Below, in pieces: positions 1 through 8,427 of a DNA stretch of 35,878 nucleotides. Both the position numbers and the translations under genes were made by a program. Source of the DNA: a virus (Duplodnaviria; Heunggongvirae; Uroviricota; Caudoviricetes); IMG/VR virus record IMGVR_UViG_2703718854_000001; one strand, given 5' to 3'. The notes under the pieces are model-generated. The model did no database searches, was not told where the DNA came from, and saw only the letters and a program-made list of their open reading frames with translations. Numbering within the stretch: the stretch's first letter is position 1; each line of letters begins with the position of its first letter.

Positions 1-333
1 ATGGGGGAAGGTGAGGTGAATAAAATAGCTGCTATATCATTAATTAGTGTTTTTCTTATGTCTGGTTGTGCTGTGCATAATGATGAGACAAGTATCGGTA
101 AATTTGGCCTTGCATATAAAAGTAATATTCAGCGTAAACTCGATAACCAATACTACACCGAAGCCGAAGCTTCTTTAGCCAGGGGTAGAATATCTGGTGC
201 AGAAAATATAGTAAAAAATGATGCAGCCCATTTCTGTGTTACTCAGGGCAAAAAAATGCAAATAGTTGAGCTGAAGACAGAAGGTGTAGGATTACATGGT
301 GTCGCTCGTCTGACATTCAAATGTGGAGAGTGA
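1..333 (+). CDS. Putative small lipoprotein in the host flank; may be truncated by the window start (alternative GTG start at 16)
   Basis: ORF runs from base 1; the N-terminus has a lipoprotein-type signal (hydrophobic stretch ending LMSGC); function not recognised. Confidence 0.45.
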   Translation: MGEGEVNKIAAISLISVFLMSGCAVHNDETSIGKFGLAYKSNIQRKLDNQYYTEAEASLARGRISGAENIVKNDAAHFCVTQGKKMQIVELKTEGVGLHGVARLTFKCGE

Positions 334-490
334 GAATATTTTTTGGTAAGCGTCAAATATGTGCGTTCTGGTTGTGCTTAGCCGGAACCTGTGCGAGCAC
401 GATGCCGTTACGTGAAAGGCATCGTGCTATGAAGGGAGATTCTATCGATGTGGTCAATGGAAGACGGTGACCAGGGATAGGGCTTATGCA

Positions 491-518
491 TAAAAAATAA
501 GCCCGTGTAAGGGAGATT
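491..518. repeat. attL core, 28-bp direct repeat identical to the attR copy
   Basis: taaaaaataagcccgtgtaagggagatt occurs exactly at 491-518 and 34345-34372; it contains the 27-bp core I recall for P2 att. Confidence 0.8.
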
Positions 519-597
519 TAGGGTGTCACCAGTAGGGGCTTTCAACGGTACAATGCGGGTTTGAGCGGCATAAATTACCACTGAAAGCCCTTAAACG

Positions 598-1611
598 TTA
601 CTCTACTGTGGACACTGTGTGGACACTCTCGGCCTCAGTACCACCTCTTAGCGGATTAAGAGAAATGGCGTCCTGAAGGTACTCTGGCGCAAAATGAGCG
701 TAAACCATAGTTTGCTCAATCCGCGTGTGACCTAGTATCCGTTGTAGCGTGATAATACTTCCTCCATTAATCATGAAATGAGTGGCAAAGCTGTGCCTTA
801 GTGCATGTGTGGCTTGCCCCATTGGCAAATCCGGTTTTATTGCTTTCATTGTTCGTCTGAAGCGAGGGTAATCAGCATCAGGGAATAAAAAACCTCGTTT
901 GTTATCCGCGATCATTTTGGCAACAGCCTCTGAGATCGGGACGGTGCGTGGTTTGTTTGTTTTCGTTTTAACAAACGTGACGCGGTTATGGATGATATTT
1001 TCTGCTTTCAAACGAGCTGCTTCTCCCCAACGTGCTCCAGTACTCAGGCAAAGAATCGCAATCTTTTTGTTGTCGCCGTCAAGAGCAGCAAGCAGTAAGG
1101 CAATTTCTTCCTGCGTGAGATAGCCTGTGTCTGGTTTTTCCTCCTTAAGCCTTTTTGTCCCTCTGATAGGGTGCTCACCAAAGAATAACTCCGCTTCAAT
1201 CAGGGCTGTAAACATGCCGCTAATACATGTTAAATCACGATTGATACTCGAAGGTTTAATACCCTGACTTCTTCGGGTGGCGCAGTACTGGCTGATAAGC
1301 GATTTCGTAATTTGAAATGCGCATGGGTCATTCGTTATTTTTGTGAAGATTTCAATTTTTCCAAGATTAGATTTCCCATGCTCTTCGTGTTTACCCTTTA
1401 AATCCCACCAGATCTGTGTCAGCTCCGACAGACGTCGCTTGTCTGTTGGTTTTGATAGCCATTCTTTATTGTGGTGGTTGTACAACGTGTATTTCTCGAA
1501 AGCGACAGCTTCGCTTTTCTTATCAAACTTCCTACGGATGCGTTTTCCATTACGTCCAGTAGGGCGGATGTCCACTTCATATCGACCATCATCGAGTTTT
1601 TTGATTGCCAT
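598..1611 (-). CDS. int: Tyrosine integrase, P2 Int-like (337 aa)
   Basis: 337 aa, same length as P2 Int; C-terminal catalytic signature (ARWGEAARL, HALRHSFATHF, MVYAHF); sits beside attL. Confidence 0.93.
   Translation of the reverse strand: MAIKKLDDGRYEVDIRPTGRNGKRIRRKFDKKSEAVAFEKYTLYNHHNKEWLSKPTDKRRLSELTQIWWDLKGKHEEHGKSNLGKIEIFTKITNDPCAFQITKSLISQYCATRRSQGIKPSSINRDLTCISGMFTALIEAELFFGEHPIRGTKRLKEEKPDTGYLTQEEIALLLAALDGDNKKIAILCLSTGARWGEAARLKAENIIHNRVTFVKTKTNKPRTVPISEAVAKMIADNKRGFLFPDADYPRFRRTMKAIKPDLPMGQATHALRHSFATHFMINGGSIITLQRILGHTRIEQTMVYAHFAPEYLQDAISLNPLRGGTEAESVHTVSTVE
607..625. promoter_or_regulatory. Candidate Int arm-type binding sites: two direct TGTGGACAC repeats 10 bp apart
   Basis: Direct repeats at 607-615 and 617-625; a similar TGTGG(T/A)C pair lies on the other arm at 34286-34304. 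Confidence 0.35.
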
Positions 1612-1726
1612 CAGAAAACCCTCCGAGTGGTGTGTTTTTTTGCGACTACTAATCGCTTTTTTCGTGGTGGCTGAAATTTAGCCACCAATAGTAGGCACTT
1701 GTGATGAATATATTCACGATGAATTG

Positions 1727-2026
1727 TTAACCAGTCTTTTGACCGGAGTGGGGTGACGTTGTTTCGTTTTGCCCAAAGTGTGCGAGAGCGGGCGCAATTT
1801 GCCCGGACTCAGGAGCGATCTGATTGGTCATGAACCATAAAGTGTATTTGGTGAATTGTGGGGTCTGCAGGATGTTCATCATGACATCTGTTGGAGGTGT
1901 TGAACGACCACTTTCATAGTAACTCAGCGTGCCATACGGAACCCCTGTTAAATCAGCAAGTTGTTGTCTGCTCAAATACTCTGATTTTCGCATTAAGACT
2001 ATCTTCTCGCTTATCGTGTTTGACAT
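1727..2026 (-). CDS. C: Immunity repressor C (99 aa)
   Basis: 99 aa as in P2 C; HTH-like QQLADLTGVPYGTLSYYESG; divergent from cox. Confidence 0.9.
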   Translation of the reverse strand: MSNTISEKIVLMRKSEYLSRQQLADLTGVPYGTLSYYESGRSTPPTDVMMNILQTPQFTKYTLWFMTNQIAPESGQIAPALAHFGQNETTSPHSGQKTG

Positions 2027-2029
2027 GGT

Positions 2030-2074
2030 GTTTAGATCTCAATAGTATTTAGTTTAGATGTAGATTGTTTAGTG
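2030..2074. promoter_or_regulatory. Lysogeny/lytic switch region with direct operator repeats (GTTTAGAT twice, 22 bp apart)
   Basis: GTTTAGAT at 2030-2037 and 2052-2059 between the divergent C and cox genes; P2 C is known to bind direct repeats. Confidence 0.5.
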
Positions 2075-2140
2075 CTTGGATGTGGGCACTAAAAGGCATT
2101 ATAAGACATTAAACGCAATTCATGAGGGCTAGAGGACGAC

Positions 2141-2416
2141 ATGAGCAAGCAAGTAACACTCATGACTGATGCGATTCCTTATCAGGAGTTCGCAAAACTA
2201 ATAGGAAAATCGACAGGAGCGGTTCGTCGGATGATCGATAAAGGAAAGCTGCCTGTAATTGATATGACCGATCCACAATCAGCTTCAGGTCGTGCAGGTG
2301 AATATTGGGTATACCTTCCGGCATGGAATAACGGACTAAAACTGGCTTATGAAAGCCGCCCTAAAGAGATTCGTGACGGCTGGTTGATGTGGTTAGGTCT
2401 CGGTGAACCACGTTAA
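2141..2416 (+). CDS. cox: Cox excisionase / transcriptional regulator (91 aa)
   Basis: 91 aa as in P2 Cox; first gene of the early operon, divergent from C. Confidence 0.9.
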   Translation: MSKQVTLMTDAIPYQEFAKLIGKSTGAVRRMIDKGKLPVIDMTDPQSASGRAGEYWVYLPAWNNGLKLAYESRPKEIRDGWLMWLGLGEPR

Positions 2417-2426
2417 GGAGAACCGT

Positions 2427-2597
2427 ATGAATGAGCCTCGTTGTATTGCTCAGTTACTGCGTAACGAAAGCCCCAGGGCGATTGACTTCACCATCACCCA
2501 TGGTAAGGGGCGTAAGGGAATCATTATCCGCACCAAAAAACAGAGTCCGTTAAAAAAGGCTCTGACCTTTCTGAAAAGCCGGAGGGTATGGAAATGA
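2427..2597 (+). CDS. Small early protein at the P2 orf78 position
   Basis: ATG at 2427 preceded by AAGGAG with a 6-nt spacer; position between cox and B. Confidence 0.55.
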   Translation: MNEPRCIAQLLRNESPRAIDFTITHGKGRKGIIIRTKKQSPLKKALTFLKSRRVWK

Positions 2598-3094
2598 CAG
2601 TGATGACGCTCAATCTCGTTGAAAAACAGCCAGCAGCTATGCGCCGGATAATTGGTAAGCATCTTGCCGTTCCTCGCTGGCAGGATACATGTGATTATTA
2701 TAATCAGATGATGGAGCGCGAACGGCTAACAGTTTGCTTTCATGCGCAGTTAAAACAGCGTCACGCAACGATGCGTTTTGAAGAAATGAACGACGTCGAA
2801 CGTGAACGACTGGTATGTGCAATTGATGAATTGCGTGGGGCATTCTCAAAACGTCGTCAGGTCGGTGCAAGTGAGTATGCATATATTAGTTTTTTAACAG
2901 TCAGTCAGCGTCGTACTTTATTTATGCATGCCGGATTGACTGAAAAAGAATTTAACCAGCCATACTGGCGAATTAATGAAGAGTCATGTTACTGGCGTGA
3001 TGCTTTATTCCGTGCATTACGTGAATTATTCAGCCTGTTTGAGTATGCACCGACAATTCTGACATCGGTAAAACCAGAGCAATATCTGCATTAA
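2594..3094 (+). CDS. B: Replication protein B (helicase-loader-like), 166 aa
   Basis: Position and 166-aa length match P2 B; GGAGGG Shine-Dalgarno 7 nt upstream of the ATG at 2594. Confidence 0.75.
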   Translation: MTVMTLNLVEKQPAAMRRIIGKHLAVPRWQDTCDYYNQMMERERLTVCFHAQLKQRHATMRFEEMNDVERERLVCAIDELRGAFSKRRQVGASEYAYISFLTVSQRRTLFMHAGLTEKEFNQPYWRINEESCYWRDALFRALRELFSLFEYAPTILTSVKPEQYLH

Positions 3095-3157
3095 GTAATT
3101 AACCAGAGTTTTTAACGCACTTAATTGTGCGGGGCTTCTTTTTGCCTGGAGAAAGTC

Positions 3158-3382
3158 ATGCATACAGTTTCTGAAAATCAGTGCGGTAAATACGCATTAC
3201 TGCTGCAACAGGCCAGAACCGAAGCACAGGCCGATGCAGCGACGCGCTTTTCTTCTCATCTTGACGCCATGATTCGCCACATCACAAAGGCGGAGTTATC
3301 CCGCGTGGAGATAGTCGAGCTGCTCAGTCAGGAGTCGGAAAAATTTCACAACATCGGATTGTCTCGCGGGGAGGTGCTTTGA
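3158..3382 (+). CDS. Small early protein at the P2 orf80 position
   Basis: Position in the early operon; ATG at 3158 with GGAGAAAG upstream. Confidence 0.5.
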   Translation: MHTVSENQCGKYALLLQQARTEAQADAATRFSSHLDAMIRHITKAELSRVEIVELLSQESEKFHNIGLSRGEVL

Positions 3383-3684
3383 TGTCCTGTTCTCGTTCAG
3401 TTGTTTTACTGAACAATGCCTTAAAAATCGCCGTTATGAAAAATGGCGATTTGTCTCTTATTCAACTTGGTCTTGATAAAGAAAAACGCGAAATAACTGA
3501 ATCTGTTATCGCGATTTATCAGAGTGAATTAAACCTCCTGTCTGATGTGGTCAATTTACTTGTTAAACGCGCTGTATTTCACAAGCAAATTTCCTCCGTG
3601 GATGAACTGACGAAATTAACGACAGAAATCGCCAGCTATTGCGCTGATGAATTTAAAAAACTGAACGACAAAAGGAACTGGTAA
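3382..3684 (+). CDS. Small early protein at the P2 orf81 position
   Basis: Translationally coupled to the previous ORF; GGGGAGG Shine-Dalgarno. Confidence 0.55.
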   Translation: MSCSRSVVLLNNALKIAVMKNGDLSLIQLGLDKEKREITESVIAIYQSELNLLSDVVNLLVKRAVFHKQISSVDELTKLTTEIASYCADEFKKLNDKRNW

Positions 3685-3908
3685 TGCCGGACAACGTAGA
3701 TTTTATTCAGGAACAACAGGCTGAATTACTGGAGCGCCAGATTAACGCGGCAAGGGTAAAACATTGCGGTGCTTCTGCGCTGGTTTGCGAAGAGTGTGAC
3801 GCGCCAATACCTGCTGCCCGTCGTGCGGCTTATCCGTCAGCCACGCGTTGTGTTTCCTGTCAGGCAGTCTTTGAAGCAAAAAACAAACATTACCGGAGAA
3901 CGGCATGA
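3684..3908 (+). CDS. C4 zinc-finger protein, TraR/DksA-like, at the P2 orf82 position
   Basis: CxxC...CxxC motif (CEECD...CVSCQ); translationally coupled. Confidence 0.65.
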   Translation: MPDNVDFIQEQQAELLERQINAARVKHCGASALVCEECDAPIPAARRAAYPSATRCVSCQAVFEAKNKHYRRTA

Positions 3909-4180
3909 GTATTCGTATTGAAATTGGCGAACGTTATGTCGTTACCAGTGACAGCTTTCAGTTTATTCTCCACGAGAAAAAGAGAGCGGAAAGCGGTAAA
4001 AACGCCGGTCAGGAATGGCTGGCGGTGGTTGGTTATTACCCGAAATTAAGCCAGCTCGTTTCCGGCCTGATGCATCACGATATTCTGACCGGAAGCGCAA
4101 AATCTTTTGCCGATTTAAACGTGCAGGTTGAGCAACTCAGCAGGCGTTGTTCAGAGGCTTTTGGCTCATATGGACGTTAA
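3905..4180 (+). CDS. Small early protein at the P2 orf83 position
   Basis: Position immediately upstream of A; overlapping start/stop. Confidence 0.55.
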   Translation: MSIRIEIGERYVVTSDSFQFILHEKKRAESGKNAGQEWLAVVGYYPKLSQLVSGLMHHDILTGSAKSFADLNVQVEQLSRRCSEAFGSYGR

Positions 4181-6458
4181 AGCCTCCGGGCGTTTTGTCC
4201 CTCCGTCAGCATTTGCCGCAGACACCGGTAAGACGTTTACCGGTGCTTATGCATGGAACGCGCCACGCGAGGCTGTCGGGCGCGAAAGACCCCTTACACG
4301 TGACGAGATGCGTCAGGTGCAAGGTGTTTTATCCACGATAAATCGCCTGCCTTATTTTTTGCGCTCGCTGTTTACTTCACGCTATGACTACATCCGGCGC
4401 AATAAAAGCCCGGTGCACGGGTTTTATTTCCTCACATCCACTTTTCAGCGTCGTTTATGGCCGCGTATTGAGCGTGTGAATCAGCGCCATGAAATGAACA
4501 CCGACGCGTCGTTGCTGTTTTTGGCAGAGCGTGACCACTATGCACGCCTGCCGGGAATGAATGACAAGGAGCTGAAAAAGTTTGCCGCCCGTATCTCATC
4601 GCAGCTTTTCATGATGTATGAGGAACTCTGCGATGCCTGGGTGGATGCGCATGGCGAAAAAGAATCGCTGTTTACGGATGAGGCGCAGGCTCACCTGTAT
4701 GGTCATGTTGCTGGCGCTGCACGTGCTTTCAATATTTCCCCTCTCTACTGGAAAAAATACCGTAAAGGGCAGATGACCACGAGGCAGGCATATTCTGCCA
4801 TTGCCCGTCTGTTTAACGATGAGTGGTGGACTCATCAGCTTAAAGGCCAGCGTATGCGTTGGCATGAGGCGTTACTGATTGCTGTCGGGGAGGTAAATAA
4901 AGACCGTTCACCTTATGCCAGTAAACATGCTATTCGTGATGTGCGTGCGCGCCGCCAGGCAAATCTGGAATTTCTTAAATCGTGTGACCTTGAAAACAGG
5001 GAAACCGGCGAACGCATCGACCTTATCAGTAAGGTGATGGGCAGTATTTCTAATCCAGAAATTCGCCGGATGGAGCTGATGAACACCATCGCCGGAATTG
5101 AGCGTTACGCCGCCGCAGAGGGTGATGTGGGGATGTTTATCACGCTGACCGCGCCGTCAAAGTATCACCCGACACGTCAGGTCGGAAAAGGCGAAAGTAA
5201 AACCGTCCAGCTTAATCACGGCTGGAACCATGAGGCATTTAATCCAAAGGATGCGCAGCGTTATCTCTGCCGTATCTGGAGCCTGATGCGCACGGCATTC
5301 AAGGATAATGATTTACAGGCCTACGGTTTGCGTGTCGTTGAGCCACACCACGACGGAACGCCGCACTGGCATATGATGCTTTTTTGTAATCCACGCCAGC
5401 GTAACCAGATTATTGAAATCATGCGTCGCTATGCGCTCAAAGAGGATGGCGACGAAAGAGGAGCCGCGCGAAACCGTTTTCAGGCAAAACACCTTAACCG
5501 GGGCGGTGCTGCGGGGTATATCGCGAAATACATCTCAAAAAACATCGATGGCTATGCACTGGATGGTCAGCTCGATAACGATACCGGCAGACCGCTGAAA
5601 GACACTGCTGCGGCTGTTACCGCATGGGCGTCAACGTGGCGCATCCCACAATTTAAAACGGTTGGTCTGCCGACAATGGGGGCTTACCGTGAACTACGCA
5701 AATTGCCTCGCGGCGTCAGCATTGCTGATGAGTTTGACGAGCGCGTCGAGGCTGCACGCGCCGCCGCAGACAGTGGTGATTTTGCGTTATATATCAGCGC
5801 GCAGGGTGGGGCAAATGTCCCGCGCGATTGTCAGACTGTCAGGGTCGCCCGTAGTCCGTCGGATGAAGTTAACGAGTACGAGGAAGAAGTCGAGAGAGTG
5901 GTCGGCATTTACGCGCCGCATCTCGGCGCGCGTCATATTCATATCACCAGAACGACGGACTGGCGCATTGTGCCGAAAGTTCCGGTCGTTGAGCCTTTGA
6001 CTTTAAAAAGCGGCATCGCCGCGCCTCGGAGTCCTGTCAATAACTGTGGAAAGCTCACCGGCGGTAATACTTCGTTACCGGTTCCCACGCCTTCTGAGCA
6101 CGCCGCAGCAGTGCTTAATCTGGTTGATGACGGTGTTATCGAATGGAATGACCCGGAGGTCGTGAGGACGCTCAGGGGTGCATTAAAACACGGACTGAGA
6201 AGACCAAACCGTCAGCAAAGAAACGGAAGCCCGTTAAAACCACATGAAATTGCGCCATCGGCCAGACTGACCCGGTCGGAACGAATGCAAATCACCCGTA
6301 TCCGCGTTGACCTTGCTCAGAACGGTATCAGGCCGCAGCGATGGGAGCTTGAGGCGCTGGCGCGTGGGGCAACCGTAAATTATGGCGGAAAAAAATTCAC
6401 GTATCTGGTTGCTAATGAGTGGTTCGGGTTTCAAGATGACGTGTCATTTTTCATATAA
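4170..6458 (+). CDS. A: Replication initiation protein A (rolling-circle nickase), about 762 aa
   Basis: Size and position match P2 A (761 aa); HWH and YIAKYISK motifs are typical of rolling-circle initiators; start taken at the in-frame ATG at 4170. Confidence 0.88.
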   Translation: MDVKASGRFVPPSAFAADTGKTFTGAYAWNAPREAVGRERPLTRDEMRQVQGVLSTINRLPYFLRSLFTSRYDYIRRNKSPVHGFYFLTSTFQRRLWPRIERVNQRHEMNTDASLLFLAERDHYARLPGMNDKELKKFAARISSQLFMMYEELCDAWVDAHGEKESLFTDEAQAHLYGHVAGAARAFNISPLYWKKYRKGQMTTRQAYSAIARLFNDEWWTHQLKGQRMRWHEALLIAVGEVNKDRSPYASKHAIRDVRARRQANLEFLKSCDLENRETGERIDLISKVMGSISNPEIRRMELMNTIAGIERYAAAEGDVGMFITLTAPSKYHPTRQVGKGESKTVQLNHGWNHEAFNPKDAQRYLCRIWSLMRTAFKDNDLQAYGLRVVEPHHDGTPHWHMMLFCNPRQRNQIIEIMRRYALKEDGDERGAARNRFQAKHLNRGGAAGYIAKYISKNIDGYALDGQLDNDTGRPLKDTAAAVTAWASTWRIPQFKTVGLPTMGAYRELRKLPRGVSIADEFDERVEAARAAADSGDFALYISAQGGANVPRDCQTVRVARSPSDEVNEYEEEVERVVGIYAPHLGARHIHITRTTDWRIVPKVPVVEPLTLKSGIAAPRSPVNNCGKLTGGNTSLPVPTPSEHAAAVLNLVDDGVIEWNDPEVVRTLRGALKHGLRRPNRQQRNGSPLKPHEIAPSARLTRSERMQITRIRVDLAQNGIRPQRWELEALARGATVNYGGKKFTYLVANEWFGFQDDVSFFI

Positions 6459-6535
6459 AACATTTCAAAATTCAATGTAATGAAAGCATATCGTATATCG
6501 CTTTAATATGTGTTATTCTTCTTGGTTGTTAATGT

Positions 6536-6563
6536 TTGATTTTATATGAAAAAATATTATATA
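6536..6563 (+). promoter_or_regulatory. Candidate sigma70 promoter for the RT locus (TTGATT, 16-nt spacer, TATATA)
   Basis: Sequence match only, in a very AT-rich segment where chance matches are common. Confidence 0.25.
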
Positions 6564-6619
6564 TAGAAAGATCAAATACAACGGTTTACTTGTTATGATG
6601 CAATTATTGGTTAGTTAGT

Positions 6620-6870
6620 GAGATACATCGCCATCAATTGGGTATTTTTTACCCGTGGAAAGTTAACACTTTCTACCGTTTACCCCGCGCAACGCCCCTG
6701 CCAGCGACAAGAGTCACAGGACCAGGTGGTATGGCGTATGGGAATTCGAACCCTTTGGGCGACAAAGGGTTCGTGGAGCAGGGAGCTAGTGCTGTTCAAT
6801 CTCATCCTTATGAGGGCGAACCATAGTGTTGGAGCAGACATACCGTTTGCACACTATGGGCATAAGGAGC
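6620..6870 (+). ncRNA. Candidate structured non-coding RNA or leader upstream of the RT operon (possible retron msr-msd)
   Basis: Perfect 11-bp hairpin at 6747-6773; 9-bp stem 6821-6829/6851-6859 nested in an 8-bp stem 6805-6812/6861-6868 that pairs with the downstream Shine-Dalgarno; the overlapping ORFs have no ribosome-binding site and look non-coding. Confidence 0.3.
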
Positions 6871-6875
6871 AAATC

Positions 6876-7031
6876 ATGAAGAATGATAAATTAACCAACG
6901 AACAGCAGGCGCAGAACAAGTCAAACCTGAAAAAGAGGGCTGGTTATGCTTGGGAATTATTCAAATGGGGTATTAGACTGTTTGATTTAGTCACTCGAGC
7001 ACTGGACTACTTAGAAGGGGGTGGTGAGTAA
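6876..7031 (+). CDS. Small protein (51 aa), first ORF of the RT operon
   Basis: ATG at 6876 with AAGGAG 6 nt upstream; hydrophilic N-terminus and amphipathic C-terminus; no recognisable domain. Confidence 0.35.
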   Translation: MKNDKLTNEQQAQNKSNLKKRAGYAWELFKWGIRLFDLVTRALDYLEGGGE

Positions 7032-7067
7032 TGCGTCCTCCCTAGTTTCAATAGCATGGAGTTGCCT

Positions 7068-7376
7068 ATGTTACATAAAGCCCTTCGTTTAATAAGGCAA
7101 TACCATAAAGAATCAATAGTTGAGTTATCTTCATCTTTAGGTATTCCAAAAGACAAAATAGTATCGCTTGAAAGCGGAGTTTGGTCACCGTCGATTGAAG
7201 TCTTAGAGCGTTACGCCTCCCATTTCGACATACCAGTATCCTCTTTAGTATTCTTTTCGGAATCATTAGGCACGCAAGGCCGTTTGTCTAAGCGATTGCG
7301 TTTAAATTTAGCCGGTAAAGTTCTGGATGTTCTGGAGTGGGTAAGTAATAAAAATGAAAAAACGGAAAAAGCTTAA
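7068..7376 (+). CDS. XRE-family HTH protein (about 102 aa) immediately upstream of, and overlapping, the RT gene
   Basis: Cro/C1-like HTH (SIVELSSSLGIPKDKIVSLESG); GGAG 6 nt upstream of the ATG at 7068 (alternative ATG at 7056); 3' end overlaps the RT start by 23 nt. Confidence 0.65.
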   Translation: MLHKALRLIRQYHKESIVELSSSLGIPKDKIVSLESGVWSPSIEVLERYASHFDIPVSSLVFFSESLGTQGRLSKRLRLNLAGKVLDVLEWVSNKNEKTEKA

Positions 7377-8304
7377 GGTTAATACTAAAAATAAATCTTA
7401 TGACATAATGGATTCGCCATTTTACAAACTCAAAAGTAAAAGAAAACTGGCGAATTTGCTTTGTGTTAGTCTTGAAGAATTATACTCTTTGAGAAAAGAT
7501 GAAGGAAACTATTCCGTTTTTGAGCAACTTTCTAAAAAAGGAAAAGCACGAAAAATACAAAAGCCTTTAGAAAAACTAGAACTTGTACATACACGAATTG
7601 CAAGTTTGTTATCACGGATTGCTTTGCCAGAATATCTGCACTCGGGGAAGAAGAAGTGCTCTAATGTGACGAATGCTAAAGCTCATCTTAATAATGAAAA
7701 GATGATGACAACAGATATTAAAGCTTTTTTTCCATCAACTACAAGAGGGATGATATTTTCTTTTTTCTTTTCGATGATGAAAATGTCATCTGATGTTGCT
7801 GATGTTTTGTCCCACATATGTACTTGTCATGACCGATTACCAACAGGTAGTCGCATCAGTATGCCGTTGGCATATTTTGCAAATTCAAGAATGTTTGGTG
7901 AAATATATCAACTTTGCCAAAAGTTACGAGTTAACATGACTGTTTATGTTGATGATCTCACTTTTTCAGGTGGTAACGTAAATCGATTGTTTTGCGCTGT
8001 AATTCGTAAGATCGTTAATAAGCATGGACATGTTATACACCCAACGAAAACAAAATTATATGCCAGAGATAAGCCTAAGTTGGTAACTGGAGTTATTGTA
8101 TTCGGTAATGCTTTAAAAGTTAGGAATGAGCAGCATTTTTTGATGGCTAGGGAAATAGATTATTGGAAAATAATTAAAGACGCCGAAAATGCGAGAGAAA
8201 CAATCATTGCCAAAAAGCTCTTTGGCCGTTTGCATTCAATGGGAGTGATTGAGCAACGTTACAAATCGAAGGTGCTTACTTTAAAGGCTAATACTGCAAA
8301 TTAA
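7354..8304 (+). CDS. Reverse transcriptase, retron-type (316 aa)
   Basis: YVDD active-site motif; NAKAH (NAxxH), DIKAFFPS, LPTGSxxSxxLA and a VTG motif (KLVTGVIVF) align block by block with the retron Ec86 RT recalled from memory; 316 aa is retron-sized; AT-rich cargo. Confidence 0.8.
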   Translation: MKKRKKLKVNTKNKSYDIMDSPFYKLKSKRKLANLLCVSLEELYSLRKDEGNYSVFEQLSKKGKARKIQKPLEKLELVHTRIASLLSRIALPEYLHSGKKKCSNVTNAKAHLNNEKMMTTDIKAFFPSTTRGMIFSFFFSMMKMSSDVADVLSHICTCHDRLPTGSRISMPLAYFANSRMFGEIYQLCQKLRVNMTVYVDDLTFSGGNVNRLFCAVIRKIVNKHGHVIHPTKTKLYARDKPKLVTGVIVFGNALKVRNEQHFLMAREIDYWKIIKDAENARETIIAKKLFGRLHSMGVIEQRYKSKVLTLKANTAN

Positions 8305-8427
8305 CATATTGAATGTATTGCATAAAAGCATCAATAATTAAAATGACTTGGCGTTAGTAACGCCGCAAGTGCAGGAATTTACTTTCGATGCAGGCGGCGT
8401 TGATTAGAAACCTCAGAAAGTAGTTAG

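Noticed and set aside
491-518. tRNA gene as the integration target
   Set aside because: No cloverleaf-forming sequence flanks either core; the core instead matches the terminator of the CyaR sRNA.
6618-7031. 137-aa ORF (and the 62-aa ORF 6638-6826) as real proteins
   Set aside because: They have a GTG or weak start with no ribosome-binding site and span stable hairpins; only the 3' portion from the ATG at 6876 has a proper Shine-Dalgarno.
7354-8304. Group II intron-encoded RT/maturase
   Set aside because: The protein is only 316 aa with no maturase (X) or endonuclease domain, and no intron domain V/VI-like RNA structures flank the ORF.
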